Both the position numbers and the translations under genes were made by a program. The notes beneath the pieces are model-generated. The model saw nothing but the letters and a program-made list of their open reading frames with translations. It made no database searches and had not been told where the DNA came from. A stretch of 64,000 bases of DNA from Antedon mediterranea. Lineage: Eukaryota; Animalia; Echinodermata. The stretch spans positions 25,686,871 through 25,750,870 of the forward strand of contig NC_092676.1 of assembly GCF_964355755.1 (NCBI RefSeq). The letters are read 5' to 3'. This document shows positions 1-15,966 of the stretch, one piece after another. The number at the start of each line of letters is the position of its first letter. The stretch's first letter is position 1.

Positions 1-66
1 GTGCCTATGTCTGTATGTGCCCTATGTCTCTATGTCCCTACATGTCTATTCCTATGTCTATGTCTG
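1..66. repeat. Degenerate CTATGT-type microsatellite in an NCKAP1 intron
   Basis: Repeated ctatgt/ctatgtc motifs. Confidence 0.6.
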
Positions 67-140
67 TTCTTACAGTTTTATCAATCTTGGTTTATTACTC
101 CTTTCGCTTGTGTTATTGTGTTTCGCTTTTTTCCTAACAG

Positions 141-3100
141 GTATTTAGAGACATTGCTGCGCCGTGTGACTGCTGGCCAGATCTGCTACTCTCCCTACCA
201 AAAGGCCTTCGTCAGCCTGGCTCCAGACCCACAGCTTCCATTCAATGCTGAGGAGTACACTGATATCACAGGTGCCCTTAATATACAATTCTTCTACTTT
301 AATTTGTTTATAACTAATCTGTAACAGACAGGATCTATGATGGGAAGATGGCGAAATCAATATGATCACACCACATATTTACAATAGTTTATTGTTAAGA
401 TTTGCATGGCAAAATCAAATGTTAATATAAAGTTTGCGTTACACCACATACAGTAGTTTAGTTTGCGACATTTTGATCAATATATTTTGATCGTCCTCTG
501 GAGTGAATTTTGTCATGCAAACGATATAAGATATTGATGGTTATAATGATGATTATGTTTCAGAGTTACGGGCTTTGGCAGAATTGCTTGGTGCTTACGG
601 AATGAAGTTTCTGCGTGAGAGTTTGATGTGGCATATCGCAAGTCAGATTGGTGAGCTCAAGGTAAGGTCAATGCAATAAAGTTTCCACCATCTTCATTTA
701 ACTTCTAATGAGAACAATTATCTTCTGAAAAGGTCCATACTTATTATTGTTGATAATTATTTTGTTTCTTTTTCTGATAGAAATTGGTCGTAGAAAATCA
801 TGATGTTCTCCAACAACTCAGAACAAGTTTTGACCAGCCAGAGAAAATGACAGAACTCTTCCAGCAACTTAAATGTAAGTTGATATACATGATTAAACTT
901 AACTGTAACTTGCTATACTGTAGGTGATTTAAAACAATGTTTTCTACTATTATACCACCCTTAATAGTAATATACGAGACATATTGCTAAAAAAAATCTC
1001 TCTCTGAAAATATTTTCAAAAACAACATTTCTTTGAAGAAATAATATTTGCAATAGTCCCTTGACAAAGCTATACTAATTTACTTTAACTGAGCTTTATT
1101 GACAGAGCTAGCTTTAAATAATTTTAGTTAATCATTTTTGTTGTCTTGCTTTTAGATGTTGATAACTTGATGACTCGACTGAACATTATTGGTGTCATTT
1201 TGGCCTTTAAATGTCTCACTCAAGAGGCTTTAGCTGATGTAAGTGTAATTTGTATAAATTAAACCTGTTAAATACTGTCCAAATTCCTTTATCTTACATT
1301 ATTTTTACTGCAATAAATTACAAATTATTTACCTAATGGTTATTAACAATTTAGGTGCTGGGTATACGAGTACCGTTCCTAAACAACTCGGTCATCGACT
1401 TCCGTGAACATGTGCCGGATGGTAGCTCCATGATCGTTAACGAGTTGGCCTCCAGCGTTGGCCTTTCTGTGAATGTAGACCCAGCACTTGTACGTGCTTT
1501 GCAATCTGAGAAAAGCAGTAAGTTGGTTTATATTTTTATTGATTATCCACATATTAAATCGACATTATTTACATCAACAAATTTGTAGTTAAGCTCTGTG
1601 TACACTATGAAAAAAAAGAAAAAAAAAACAAAAAAAAATTATGTTTTCACTAGTAAAATGACAAAATAAATGGTTAAATTCAACCAAAAATGCATTGGCT
1701 GGCAGCCAATTTGACAATTTTTTGCCTTCAATTACATTTTTTCAGGTAAATACATATTTTTTCAATCCAATTTTTGGTCAAAGTGGATAACTATTATGTT
1801 GCATTAAAATGGAATATTCAACAAAATTTTTTTAAGAATTATTTTTTCAGGGGGACAATACATCTTTAAGAATAAGAATCTTTCAATTACACCACACTAT
1901 ATTTTACTATAAAACCAATAGAACGTAAATACAAACTCTTAGCATTCCTAATAAATTTGTGTTGTGATAGATTGCATAACTGACCCCAATTCTTAGTATA
2001 GCTTCAGACATCATAACTTCCGATATTTCTGTGTATGTTGAACTAATACCTGTAAATTTAAGAATGGATTTTATTTTTTACAATGTACAATTTTTATTTC
2101 AGTTGACCCTGATCAAGATTACAATTATTCGTGTCTCCTGATCGTGTTCATAGCGTTGAGCTTACGAACGCTAGCAAAGAGTGAACAGACAGTGTACAAC
2201 TCTGTTCTGGATGCCCACCCCAACAACAGCCATTGTCTAGCTAAGGCTATTAACACTATCGCAGCATCACTGTTTGTTATACACAATAAGAATGACACAG
2301 AAGAGAGACTTCAAGAATTTCTTGCTGTGAGTGTAGATACTGTTCTGTTTATGTAACTGAGGGAAGAGAGTGCTAGGATCCCCACTTTTGAAAGACTATT
2401 AATATTATATGTTAGCGCTTTCCCTGTTCAAAACCATTGGTTAAAGCTCTGTTTACACTATCAAACTTTATGTGACAACAAATATGGTCATGATGATGTC
2501 ATATCAGTACCGTATTTGGGCATATCACTACCATATTTGGGCAATTTTTGAGCTTAACTTAGAATGTTGTATCTGATCATAAAGACATATTTCAACATGC
2601 ATGTGAATTATGAGGATCTGGAGATTCCCTACCACTACTTTACAAATAATTATGTTAGGAGTTAAGAATTCCCCTCTCTACCATTACTTATGAATAAAAT
2701 AATGATTTTTAATATCCTTGTTGTAGTTGGCATCATCAAGCTTACTTCGTCTTAGCCAAGAGACGGACAAAGTGTCAATGAAAGGTCGAGAGTCTGTCTA
2801 CCTACTTCTGGATCAGGTACAGATCATTATTTTAGATATTATACAAGATTACATTATTATTATAGTCAGGGGCGCAGCCAGCGCTGAAATCAAGGAGGGG
2901 GAGTGTCAACAAATAATAGAGTATTGTGCAGCAATTTGTATTGATACATCATTTGTTTCAATTTTTAAGTTGATAAAATTACGATTTTTTGTGAAGGGGA
3001 TGATGTGTTCACATTTTTTTCTCTAAAAATTAGGGGGTCAGGACCCCTATGACCCCCACTCATGTATGAGATTGTCTTGTTGCAATACAGATTTGTTAAA

Positions 3101-3248
3101 ATATTAAATTGTTGTATCATCATAAAATTTTTTTTTTCCTTTTTAGATTGTGCAAGAATCGCCGTACTTAACGCAAGACTTGCTTGAATCCTGTTTTCCC
3201 TACGCTCTGTTGAGACACGCCTACCACGCAGTCATACAACATGAATAA
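141..3248 (+). CDS. NCKAP1: Nck-associated protein 1 (Nap1/Hem-2, WAVE regulatory complex subunit), 3' portion; the 5' part lies outside the window
   Basis: Phase-consistent GT-AG exons at 141-271, 564-661, 781-874, 1156-1238, 1355-1517, 2103-2326, 2727-2816 and 3147-3248 (TAA). The translation includes YLETLLRRV...[49 protein letters not shown]...[18 protein letters not shown]...[18 protein letters not shown]...[39 protein letters not shown], which I recognise as the NCKAP1 C-terminus. Confidence 0.95.
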
Positions 3249-5023
3249 AACACACAACATTCACAGTTTATTAATATTGTGATTTGTAAATGATGAGCCG
3301 TGCATGAAAACCGATCCCCTGCATTTTTTAGTATAAATACGCTCTTTGTCAAACAACCCAGAAGCTGTTTAAAACTCTGAGAACTGATTTATGATATTAT
3401 ATGTAAGCTTAAAATGAATTCTATAATACTGTTGAATATAAGGTACTACAGTGTTATTAGTAATAGGAATACCTTCTAGGCCCAACAGATTGTCCCCTTA
3501 CAGGCCCAACAGATTGTCCCCTTACAGGCCAATTTGCACAGACGGACAGTAACTGTAATGCAAATTTAGAATCTGTTATTTCTTATACAAAACACAGACA
3601 GGGGGTTTCTGCTCATGATAGATATAATTCTATTTGGGACAAGCTCTACGGTTTTCCAATTACCGTTCTTCTCGTCTGTGGGTATCCCCTGACTAGTGTC
3701 AAATTATATATCGCCTTTATTTCTCGGACAAGTATGTCGTCTCAATAAAAGTGTCACAAATGGGAGATTCTACTGTTTAATACAACAACGGATGTTTGCC
3801 CTTCATAAACAAATGTATTACATTTGAATTTTACTCTTAACTATATTTAAACCTAAAATAAACTATTAATGTGTACAGTATAATGTAAATAAATAATAAG
3901 AACTTGGTACTTTCTATCATTTTCAAGTATTTTATACTTTGATATATTTATAGATTTATTCATTTTTTCAAAATTTCACTTGGTTTTTTCTTTTACTAGA
4001 TTTGTTTATATTTTGCTTTCTTCTTGAAATTAAAAACTATTTAATATAATTATAATTTTAACATTAATTTTTCAAAGTGTTTGTGTATATAATTTAAATT
4101 TCTGAAAAGAACAAATAATTGTGTTGTAACCATTTGCTATAAGCTCTATCTACACTATCAAACTTTATGTGAAAAAAAATGTATGTGCCCATATATGGAC
4201 ACGATGATGTCATATCACTAACATATTAGGGCACATCACACTTTTATGTCAAACTATGATGATAGTCTAGACTAGGCTTACTAAATTATGAAAGCAAATT
4301 TCTGTATTTAATATACTGTCACATAATTTCCTAGTAATGAATTATTCTTCCGTTAAAAAATGATGGTATTTTTTTTTGTCTTTATACGTAAAAGTTTTTA
4401 AAGAAATGTTTCAATAATGTATATAGTCAATAAGGCGGAATAAAATAAATGTGACTAAATATACCTGAATGTGACTACGTTTTCTACTATAATGTATAAA
4501 GAAATTCACAAATAGAGGATTATACACAAATGAAGAGTTCCAATGCTCTGAGGTTTTGCAACCATCACAATAATTGGTTTGCAATGGTGATGATATTAGC
4601 AACATAATCTTTCGATTTATAATACTAATCAAATGGAGAAAATACATAACATATTCCATCCATCACCTTGTTTGTTTGAAAGCCTTTGGAGCACAATGTT
4701 TTTAGGGACAGAACATTATAGTACGTACATAGACCTATGTTGAGGGCGCTAACATGTTTTTTTTAATGGAGTGAGTAATTATTTGGATTTCTCATTATTT
4801 GTAGATGGAGAGAGCTAGCTGAGGCCTACATGATTTTGTTGTTTAAAAGGGTATGTTTCCCCTTTTCATTTGGTTAAAAAGTATCTAATGTTGTACACCA
4901 ACATTCGTTGATAATAGAAAATATGCATAACTAGATATACATTACAGGATAACGTCATAAATTATAATATTATGTAGACTACCTAGCCTATAATTAGGCC
5001 TAATAATCCATCTTCGTTGGGCT

Positions 5024-5606
5024 GGTTATCAGACGATCGGGACCACGGACGATCGGGCCCAGACGATCGGGACCACGGACGATCGGGCCCAGACGATCGG
5101 GCCCACTTCAAGACGATCGGGCCCAAATCGTGAGACGGTGAAAGACGATCGGGCCCAACAAACAAGACAATCGGGCCAAAAACATTCTCGGAAAATTAAA
5201 AAAAATAAATATGCGAATACAGACACAATAATAACAATCAAAATCAATCACATTTATTCATAAATCGAGAGTATTGGTAAGAAATTCTTAAAACCAGTTG
5301 TGTTAATAGGGGAAAATTATGATAAATCAGAAAAAATCTAATTTATAACCTTTTTAATTAAAATCTTAATTACGCAAGAAAAGCACGTTGGCACTAAGTA
5401 AGCACTAGGAATGAAAAATGATGAAATGTGGCACATTATTTTATATAACACAAAAGACTATCGGGACCAACTGGTAAGACGATTGGGCCCAACGTGGTTC
5501 TAAAAACACTGAACGATCGGGCCCAACTGGTATGACGATCGGGACCACATTTTCTGGGCCCGATCGTCTTGGGCCCAATCGTCCGTGGTCCCGATCGTCT
5601 GTTCCC
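5024..5606. mobile_element. Non-autonomous Mutator-like (MULE) element with GACGATCGGGCCC subterminal repeats
   Basis: Inverted ends (ggttatcagacgatcgggaccacggacgat ... atcgtccgtggtcccgatcgtctgttccc) flanked by a perfect 9-bp direct repeat CGTTGGGCT at 5015-5023 and 5607-5615. Confidence 0.8.
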
Positions 5607-5924
5607 CGTTGGGCTTTACCACCCGCATATTTCTGCTGCTGCAGAAGTAATTTGCTGTGGTTGGTTGTTCCCCCAGTGCTAGGCTAAGTGATAACAATAA
5701 TTGCTGTTTTTATACCTCCATGCATGATCCTTGAAAAATATAATATGAATATTTATTATTATTCTAACTAGGTGAACCTAAATAAATAAGACTTTTATTT
5801 GTAAGTGAATTTAAATTAAACCTAGGTATGTTTTTTTACTGTTTTTAGATTCTTAATCTTGTATCTTTTTAGATTTTTAGAAATTTATCATCGTAAACAA
5901 GTGTCGTGAATCGTGTCGTGAATC

Positions 5925-10404
<4,480 letters not shown>

Positions 10405-10644
10405 ACAAGAATCAGTTGTTGAGCCATGCAATCACTTAGTGAAGAGAGGTGGCCTAGCTTAGAGCAAGTACTGTACAATTAAACCTATGATAAAATGAAC
10501 CCACCAGTTAACAATTTACAGACAATTTTAAATACCAACAATCTATGAAATATACTCAAAATATTATGCAAGTGTAACAGAGATAGCTTAATTACAATAA
10601 GAGAATAAGCAGCACCGTGACAGAGCATTTCTTGGTCCAGACTT

Positions 10645-11005
10645 ACATCCTATTTTCCACTATGAAAATTTGTTCATGCGAATCAAAAGCGTCAGCTTAT
10701 ACACATGCGTATTCATGTTTCCATCTTCCAAATCCATCTCTGCGACAAATATTTAGTTCCTTGAGTTTTTTGCTTCAGCAAAATTGGTAGTTCGAATTGT
10801 TTCTACTTTTTGCAAAGCGACGAATTTGGCAACCAATCAGAACTCGGGAAATGAGCTATGATGCATTCATGAGCACTCATGCGAATCGAAAAAAGACATG
10901 CTATGAACATGAAAATCGCAGCTATTTGCTCTTGAGTGGAAGATTTTTTTTTCTGCGAAGCATTGAATTCGCTTGAACAAATTCACCTAATGGAAAATCG
11001 GCTTA
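10645..11005. mobile_element. MITE with imperfect TIRs (Harbinger-like)
   Basis: cctattttccactatgaaaatttgttc at the left pairs with gaacaaattcacctaatggaaaatcgg at the right, which is followed by TAA. Confidence 0.45.
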
Positions 11006-11551
11006 AGTCTCTATGACTGATAAAGATCTGCAAGAAAAAAATGACAAATATTATTAGGTAAGGCTTATGGAAGGAAATACAATTTGACTGGAATATATTA
11101 ACAAAAAGAAATTTAATTTTAGTAGTTATCAATATTGTTTCGATATTGTCGTGTTTCTATGTCAAATTTTGGATGCTAAAATTCTCATAGATAATGATTT
11201 TGTTGCATATACAAAAATGTAAATTTTAATGATTTTATTTATATTTTAGTTTATAGTTTATTTATTATGGTCCGTGTTTTATTGCAACTTTATATCGTAG
11301 CCTATTGGCATTTTGCTATTTTTTAGTTGTGGACGTATCGTATAAAAATATTTATACAATTTTATATACAGTAGAATTCCTTTTAAGGGGAAACATTTGG
11401 GATCCAAATGTCGCCTTAATAGGGGAGTCCCATGAATAGGGTATTTTGCCCGTTCGTTTCACCGGAAAGTGTCCCTTTAATATAAGTGCACCCTGAATAG
11501 GTGTTGGCTGTAGTGTTAAACATATATTTCCCCTTGTTCATTTCACAGAAA

Positions 11552-12190
11552 AGTGTCTCCTGAATAGGAGTGTCTCCTGAATAGGAGTGTCTCCTGAATA
11601 GGAGTGTCTCCTGAATAGGTGTGTCTCCTGAATAGGAGTGTCTCCTGAATAGGTGTGTCTCCTGAATAGGAGTGTCTCCTGAATAGGTGTGTCTCCTGAA
11701 TAGGAGTGTCTCCTGAATAGGTGTGTCTCCTGAATAGGAGTGTCTCCTGAATAGGAGTGTCTCCTGAATAGGAGTATCTCCTGAATAGGAGTGTCTCCTG
11801 AATAGGAGTATCTCCTGAATAGGAGTGTCTCCTGAATAGGTGTGTCTCCTGAATAGGTGTGTCTCCTGAATAGGAGTGTCTCCTGAATAGGAGTGTCTCC
11901 TGAATAGGAGTGTCTCCTGAATAGGTGTGTCTCCTGAATAGGAGTGTCTCCTGAATAGGAGTGTCTCCTGAATAGGAGTATCTCCTGAATAGGAGTATCT
12001 CCTGAATAGGAGTATCTCCTGAATAGGAGTGTCTCCTGCATAGGAGTGTCTCCTGAATAGGTGTGTCTCCTGAATAGGTGTGTCTCCTGAATAGGAGTGT
12101 CTCCTGAATAGGAGTGTCTCCTGAATAGGTGTGTCTCCTAAATAGGAGTGTTCCCTGAATAAGGATGTACTGTCCCCTGAATAGGGGTGT
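11552..12190. repeat. 17-bp minisatellite (TGTCTCCTGAATAGGWG)n, roughly 35-37 copies, inside a Tc1-like element that begins ~11369
   Basis: Head-to-tail units with no spacers. Each unit contains the hairpin CTCCT-GAAT-AGGAG. Upstream TA-CAGTAGAATTCC terminus. Confidence 0.9.
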
Positions 12191-12260
12191 CTGAAAGAAG
12201 GGGTAAAAGAAGATTAATTTTTAAATGGAGAGTGAACATGAGTTAGTTGCCAAGATGTCA

Positions 12261-12560
12261 CCAGTGGCGTAACAGCTATGAGTGCTCACTGGCAAAACCC
12301 AGACGCCTCAGAGTATGAGCAGTCAACTACCCAGCGTTGGAGGGCCCCTTAGGAGTTCTTAACCCAGAGGCTCCAGAGAATGAGCAGTCCAATACAACTA
12401 CCCAGCGTTGGAGGGCCCCTTAGGAGTGCTAAACCCAGGGGCTCCAGAGAATGAGCAGTCCAATACCACTACCCAGCGTTGGAGGGCCCCTTAGGAATGC
12501 TAAACTCAGGGCTCCAGAGCATGAGCAACCCAATACAACTACCCAGCATTGGATGTTCCT
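12261..12560. repeat. ~62-bp tandem repeat (about 4 copies) expanded within a hAT-like MITE end
   Basis: The unit caactacccagcgttggagggccccttaggagtgctaaacccaggggctccagagaatgagcagtc recurs. The region starts ccagtggcgtaacagctatgagtgctcactggc, matching the element at 42930. Confidence 0.7.
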
Positions 12561-13798
12561 AAATTAAATCAAATTTAAAAAATCATGTCGTTACACCACC
12601 AATAAATAGAAATCATTACAATACACCTTTTGACTGTTGATTTGTATGTATTCATTTGGCCACCGTAATACCTAATAGATACGTTATATAATAGAATCAA
12701 ATGGGCATTTTATGAATCCCATGTGTAATATATATTTCTGTACAGAATATTCAAAGAAATTATAATTTATATTATTTTATATTTTCATTATGCATTAATT
12801 TTCTTTTGTGGCATGTTTAAATTTTACGATTAAAAGATAAAGCAGTTTATGTAATTTTGTATACAGTGTTTTTGTGTTTCACAATTTGACATGTTGGACA
12901 TGTACAGGTTTATTTGCCTTATTCCACAATACGAACGTATTTAAGGCCGTGTAATAAAATAACAAAAACAACATTCCAAAGAATTTTAATAAGTGCCGTC
13001 GCGCATCACAAATAAAAGAGCACAACATGCATTCTATATACAAAATGTGCAGAACTAAATAGATAATTGGAAGTTAAAAAGGTCATATACATGGCTGCAG
13101 TTGCGTGCGCAAATTTGAGTTTAGTGTTTACCGACCGACCAACCGACGACATAGTGGGATGTAGAGTTGCGTTTGCACGCGACTCGACTGGGAAGTGTAC
13201 ACTCGCCGAAAAAGCTACCAGTGTCCCAGGCCGACCGCACCCTATCCACCGGAATTGGGCACAACTGACTAGTTATCTAACAAAAGGCCTGATAATATTA
13301 ATCTGATATGTACATTACAAGGGTTCAGTTTCCTCCATGGTCAGACTAAACTTTACATTTGCAGATAACCCGATATTGAACTGTATTCACGCGGCGTATT
13401 TGTTCAATTTTTGCATAGATTATTGGATTCTTTCCTACCGGGGGTTTTTCAGTAGGTGTACTGGGCGATCTCAAAAGAGGTAAAATTAACATTTATATTG
13501 TTGTTTTAAGACAAGACTTTTAGCACTAGTTGCCGTTTTATATACGTACATTAGATCCTCACACAGTTTCCAAATCAGAACTATGCAACAGAAAAATTAG
13601 CATGTACTTTTTTGTGGCCGGCTGTGCAAGGAGATCTTCGAAATAAAATCCTGTACATGCCTTACGAATTACCACGTGTAAATCGAATTTAATAATACCG
13701 GCTTCATTCTTTCTGTTTCGTCGTGCTCAGATTATATAACAATTAATGTTACTTTGTGTATTTTTTTGTTATAGTTTACAGACTGAATAGGGTCCGAT

Positions 13799-15453
13799 AT
13801 GCAGGGGCAGTTGATGTTTGCTATACTCTTCGTCACCTTGTGCGTTGAGACGTTGGCAGAAGACGAGTTTCTTTACAAACAGTTCACAGATCCCGAACGA
13901 GATGCATTCCACTACGGAAAGTTCCAGGAAGACTTTGCTTGGGGAGTTGCCACGGCATCGTACCAGATCGAAGGGGCGTGGAACGAAGACGGCAAGGGGC
14001 CAAGTGTTTGGGATACTTTCGCCCATACACCTGGAAAGACGCATTTGAACCAGACAGCCGATGTGACATGTGATAGTTACCACAAGATCGCAGAAGACGT
14101 AAAAAATCTTAAAGAATTGGGTGTCAATCATTACAGGTTCTCACTGTCCTGGTCTCGCATCATGCCAAAAGGAACACCAGATGAGATCAATCCAGCTGGC
14201 GTACAGTATTACCATGACCTGATCGATGCTCTTCTTGCTGCTAACATCCAACCAATGGTGACGCTCTACCACTGGGATATGCCACAGGTGTTGATGGATA
14301 TCGGCGGCTGGGAAAACGAACTTATGCATGCGTTATTCGTAGCGTACGCAGATTTTTGCTTTAATGAATACGGAGGAAAGGTTACGAAGTGGATTACCTT
14401 CAATGAACCAACCGTGTTCACTGTTTTTGGCTACGAGATCGGTTACCACGCACCTGGAAAGACCCACCTGGGCTGGGGTGCTTACCGAGCCGGTCACATT
14501 GTCCTAAAAGCACATGCAAGCGCTTATCATCTGTACGATAAAAAATACAGAGCATCGCAAAATGGAGTTGTTGGTATTACTCTTCACGCGCGTTGGTACG
14601 AGCCTAAAACGGACACTGATGCTGACCGTGCAGCTGCCCAACGTGCATTAACTGGTGAACTTGGCTGGTTTGCTCATCCGGTCTTCCTAACGGGGGATTA
14701 TCCTGAAGTTGCAAAGGAACTAATTGCCGCAAAGAGCCGAGCAGTCGGCCTAACATCATCTAGATTCCCAGAATTTACAGAGGAAGAGAAACAGATGTTG
14801 AAAGGTTCGGCGGATTTCTTTGGCTTGAACCATTACTCGACCAGTTACATCGAAAATAAGGTAGATGCCTCTTTGATCCCCAACATCATGTCCGACCTTG
14901 ACTACAAAGCCAGCGAAGACGATTCTTGGGACAGAACTGGTTCTTGGTGGTTGAGACCGGTTCCATGGGGGTTGCGTAGGACTCTTAAATGGATCAAGAA
15001 GACGTATGGTGATATACCAGTATACATTACGGAAAATGGAATGTCGGAGAATGACGGGCCAGTGAGATTGGAGGATACGGACAGAGTTACGTATTATAGA
15101 GCGTACATCAATGAGATATTAAAAGGTAAAATATCACTGTCGTCGTGTCAATGGTCATCTTCGGCAATGAAGTGTCTTCATTGACGTCACCATCACCTTA
15201 TAGCACCATAATCATTTTATGTGGTTTTTTTTTAGCTCAACAGATTGATGGGGTGAATTTAAAAGGTTATATCGCCTGGACTTTGATGGACAACTTTGAA
15301 TGGGCCGAAGGGTACAACGAGCGATTTGGTCTCTTCCATGTGGACTTTAACGATCCGGATAGACCTAGAACAGCACGTGCATCAGCCAAGGCTTTTGCTC
15401 AAATCATAAAAGATAATGGTTTCATAAAAGCCAAAGAAAAGTCTGAATTGTAG
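13799..15453 (+). CDS. Glycoside hydrolase family 1 beta-glucosidase (single-domain, lactase-phlorizin/GBA3-like), ~514 aa, signal peptide and C-terminal KSEL
   Basis: Exons 13799-15125 and 15236-15453, joined in phase 1. GH1 motifs present: [35 protein letters not shown], catalytic TFNEP and [27 protein letters not shown]. Hydrophobic N-terminus [20 protein letters not shown]. Confidence 0.95.
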
Positions 15454-15966
15454 TCTGTAGTTCCTCAAAAGAACCGTCAGTTGGGAAAAATCGGAATGCA
15501 AACAACAACTCAAATTAATATGAAATAATGGTAAACGCATAATTTAAGTAACTGAAGTATAAAATCTATTCTTCAAAGACGTCACTAGAAATAACTACAT
15601 CCTAGAAAAGTATGTTACTCTGGATAATATGATTAGGCCTATGTATAGTTTTTCTATAATAGCCTAATGCTCTAAAAATAATTAAAAAAAGAACTAAATT
15701 TCTGTTTTGGATATTTTATTTATTTGCTATATGTAAACAAAACACTTTGTGTATTTTTATGATAAAGGCGAGGACTGAGTTTCCATTTTTGATAGCTGAT
15801 TTATCAATATTTAATTTTTATAATTGACAACTTTGACGACCGACCACCTGTGTTCTGTACTGAGTGTGTGTGTGATAATTTAAAAAACATTAGTACCGCC
15901 CTCTATGCTGTATACGATTATTTATTTTTTTCCTTTTTCGGAAGAACAACAATGTTTTGACGTGAA

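Noticed and set aside
11538-12190. CRISPR-like array, or the 167-aa repetitive ORF
   Set aside because: The units are directly head-to-tail with no unique spacers, there are no cas genes and the context is eukaryotic. The ORF is a by-product of the 17-bp periodicity.
13769-14329. Antisense and alternative-frame ORFs over the GH1 gene
   Set aside because: Shadow ORFs of a GC-richer coding exon.
13799-15453. Bacterial horizontal transfer or contamination as the origin of the GH1
   Set aside because: It has a spliceosomal intron and animal LCT-like motifs ([31 protein letters not shown]) and is embedded in host repeats. Nothing here supports HGT without a phylogeny.
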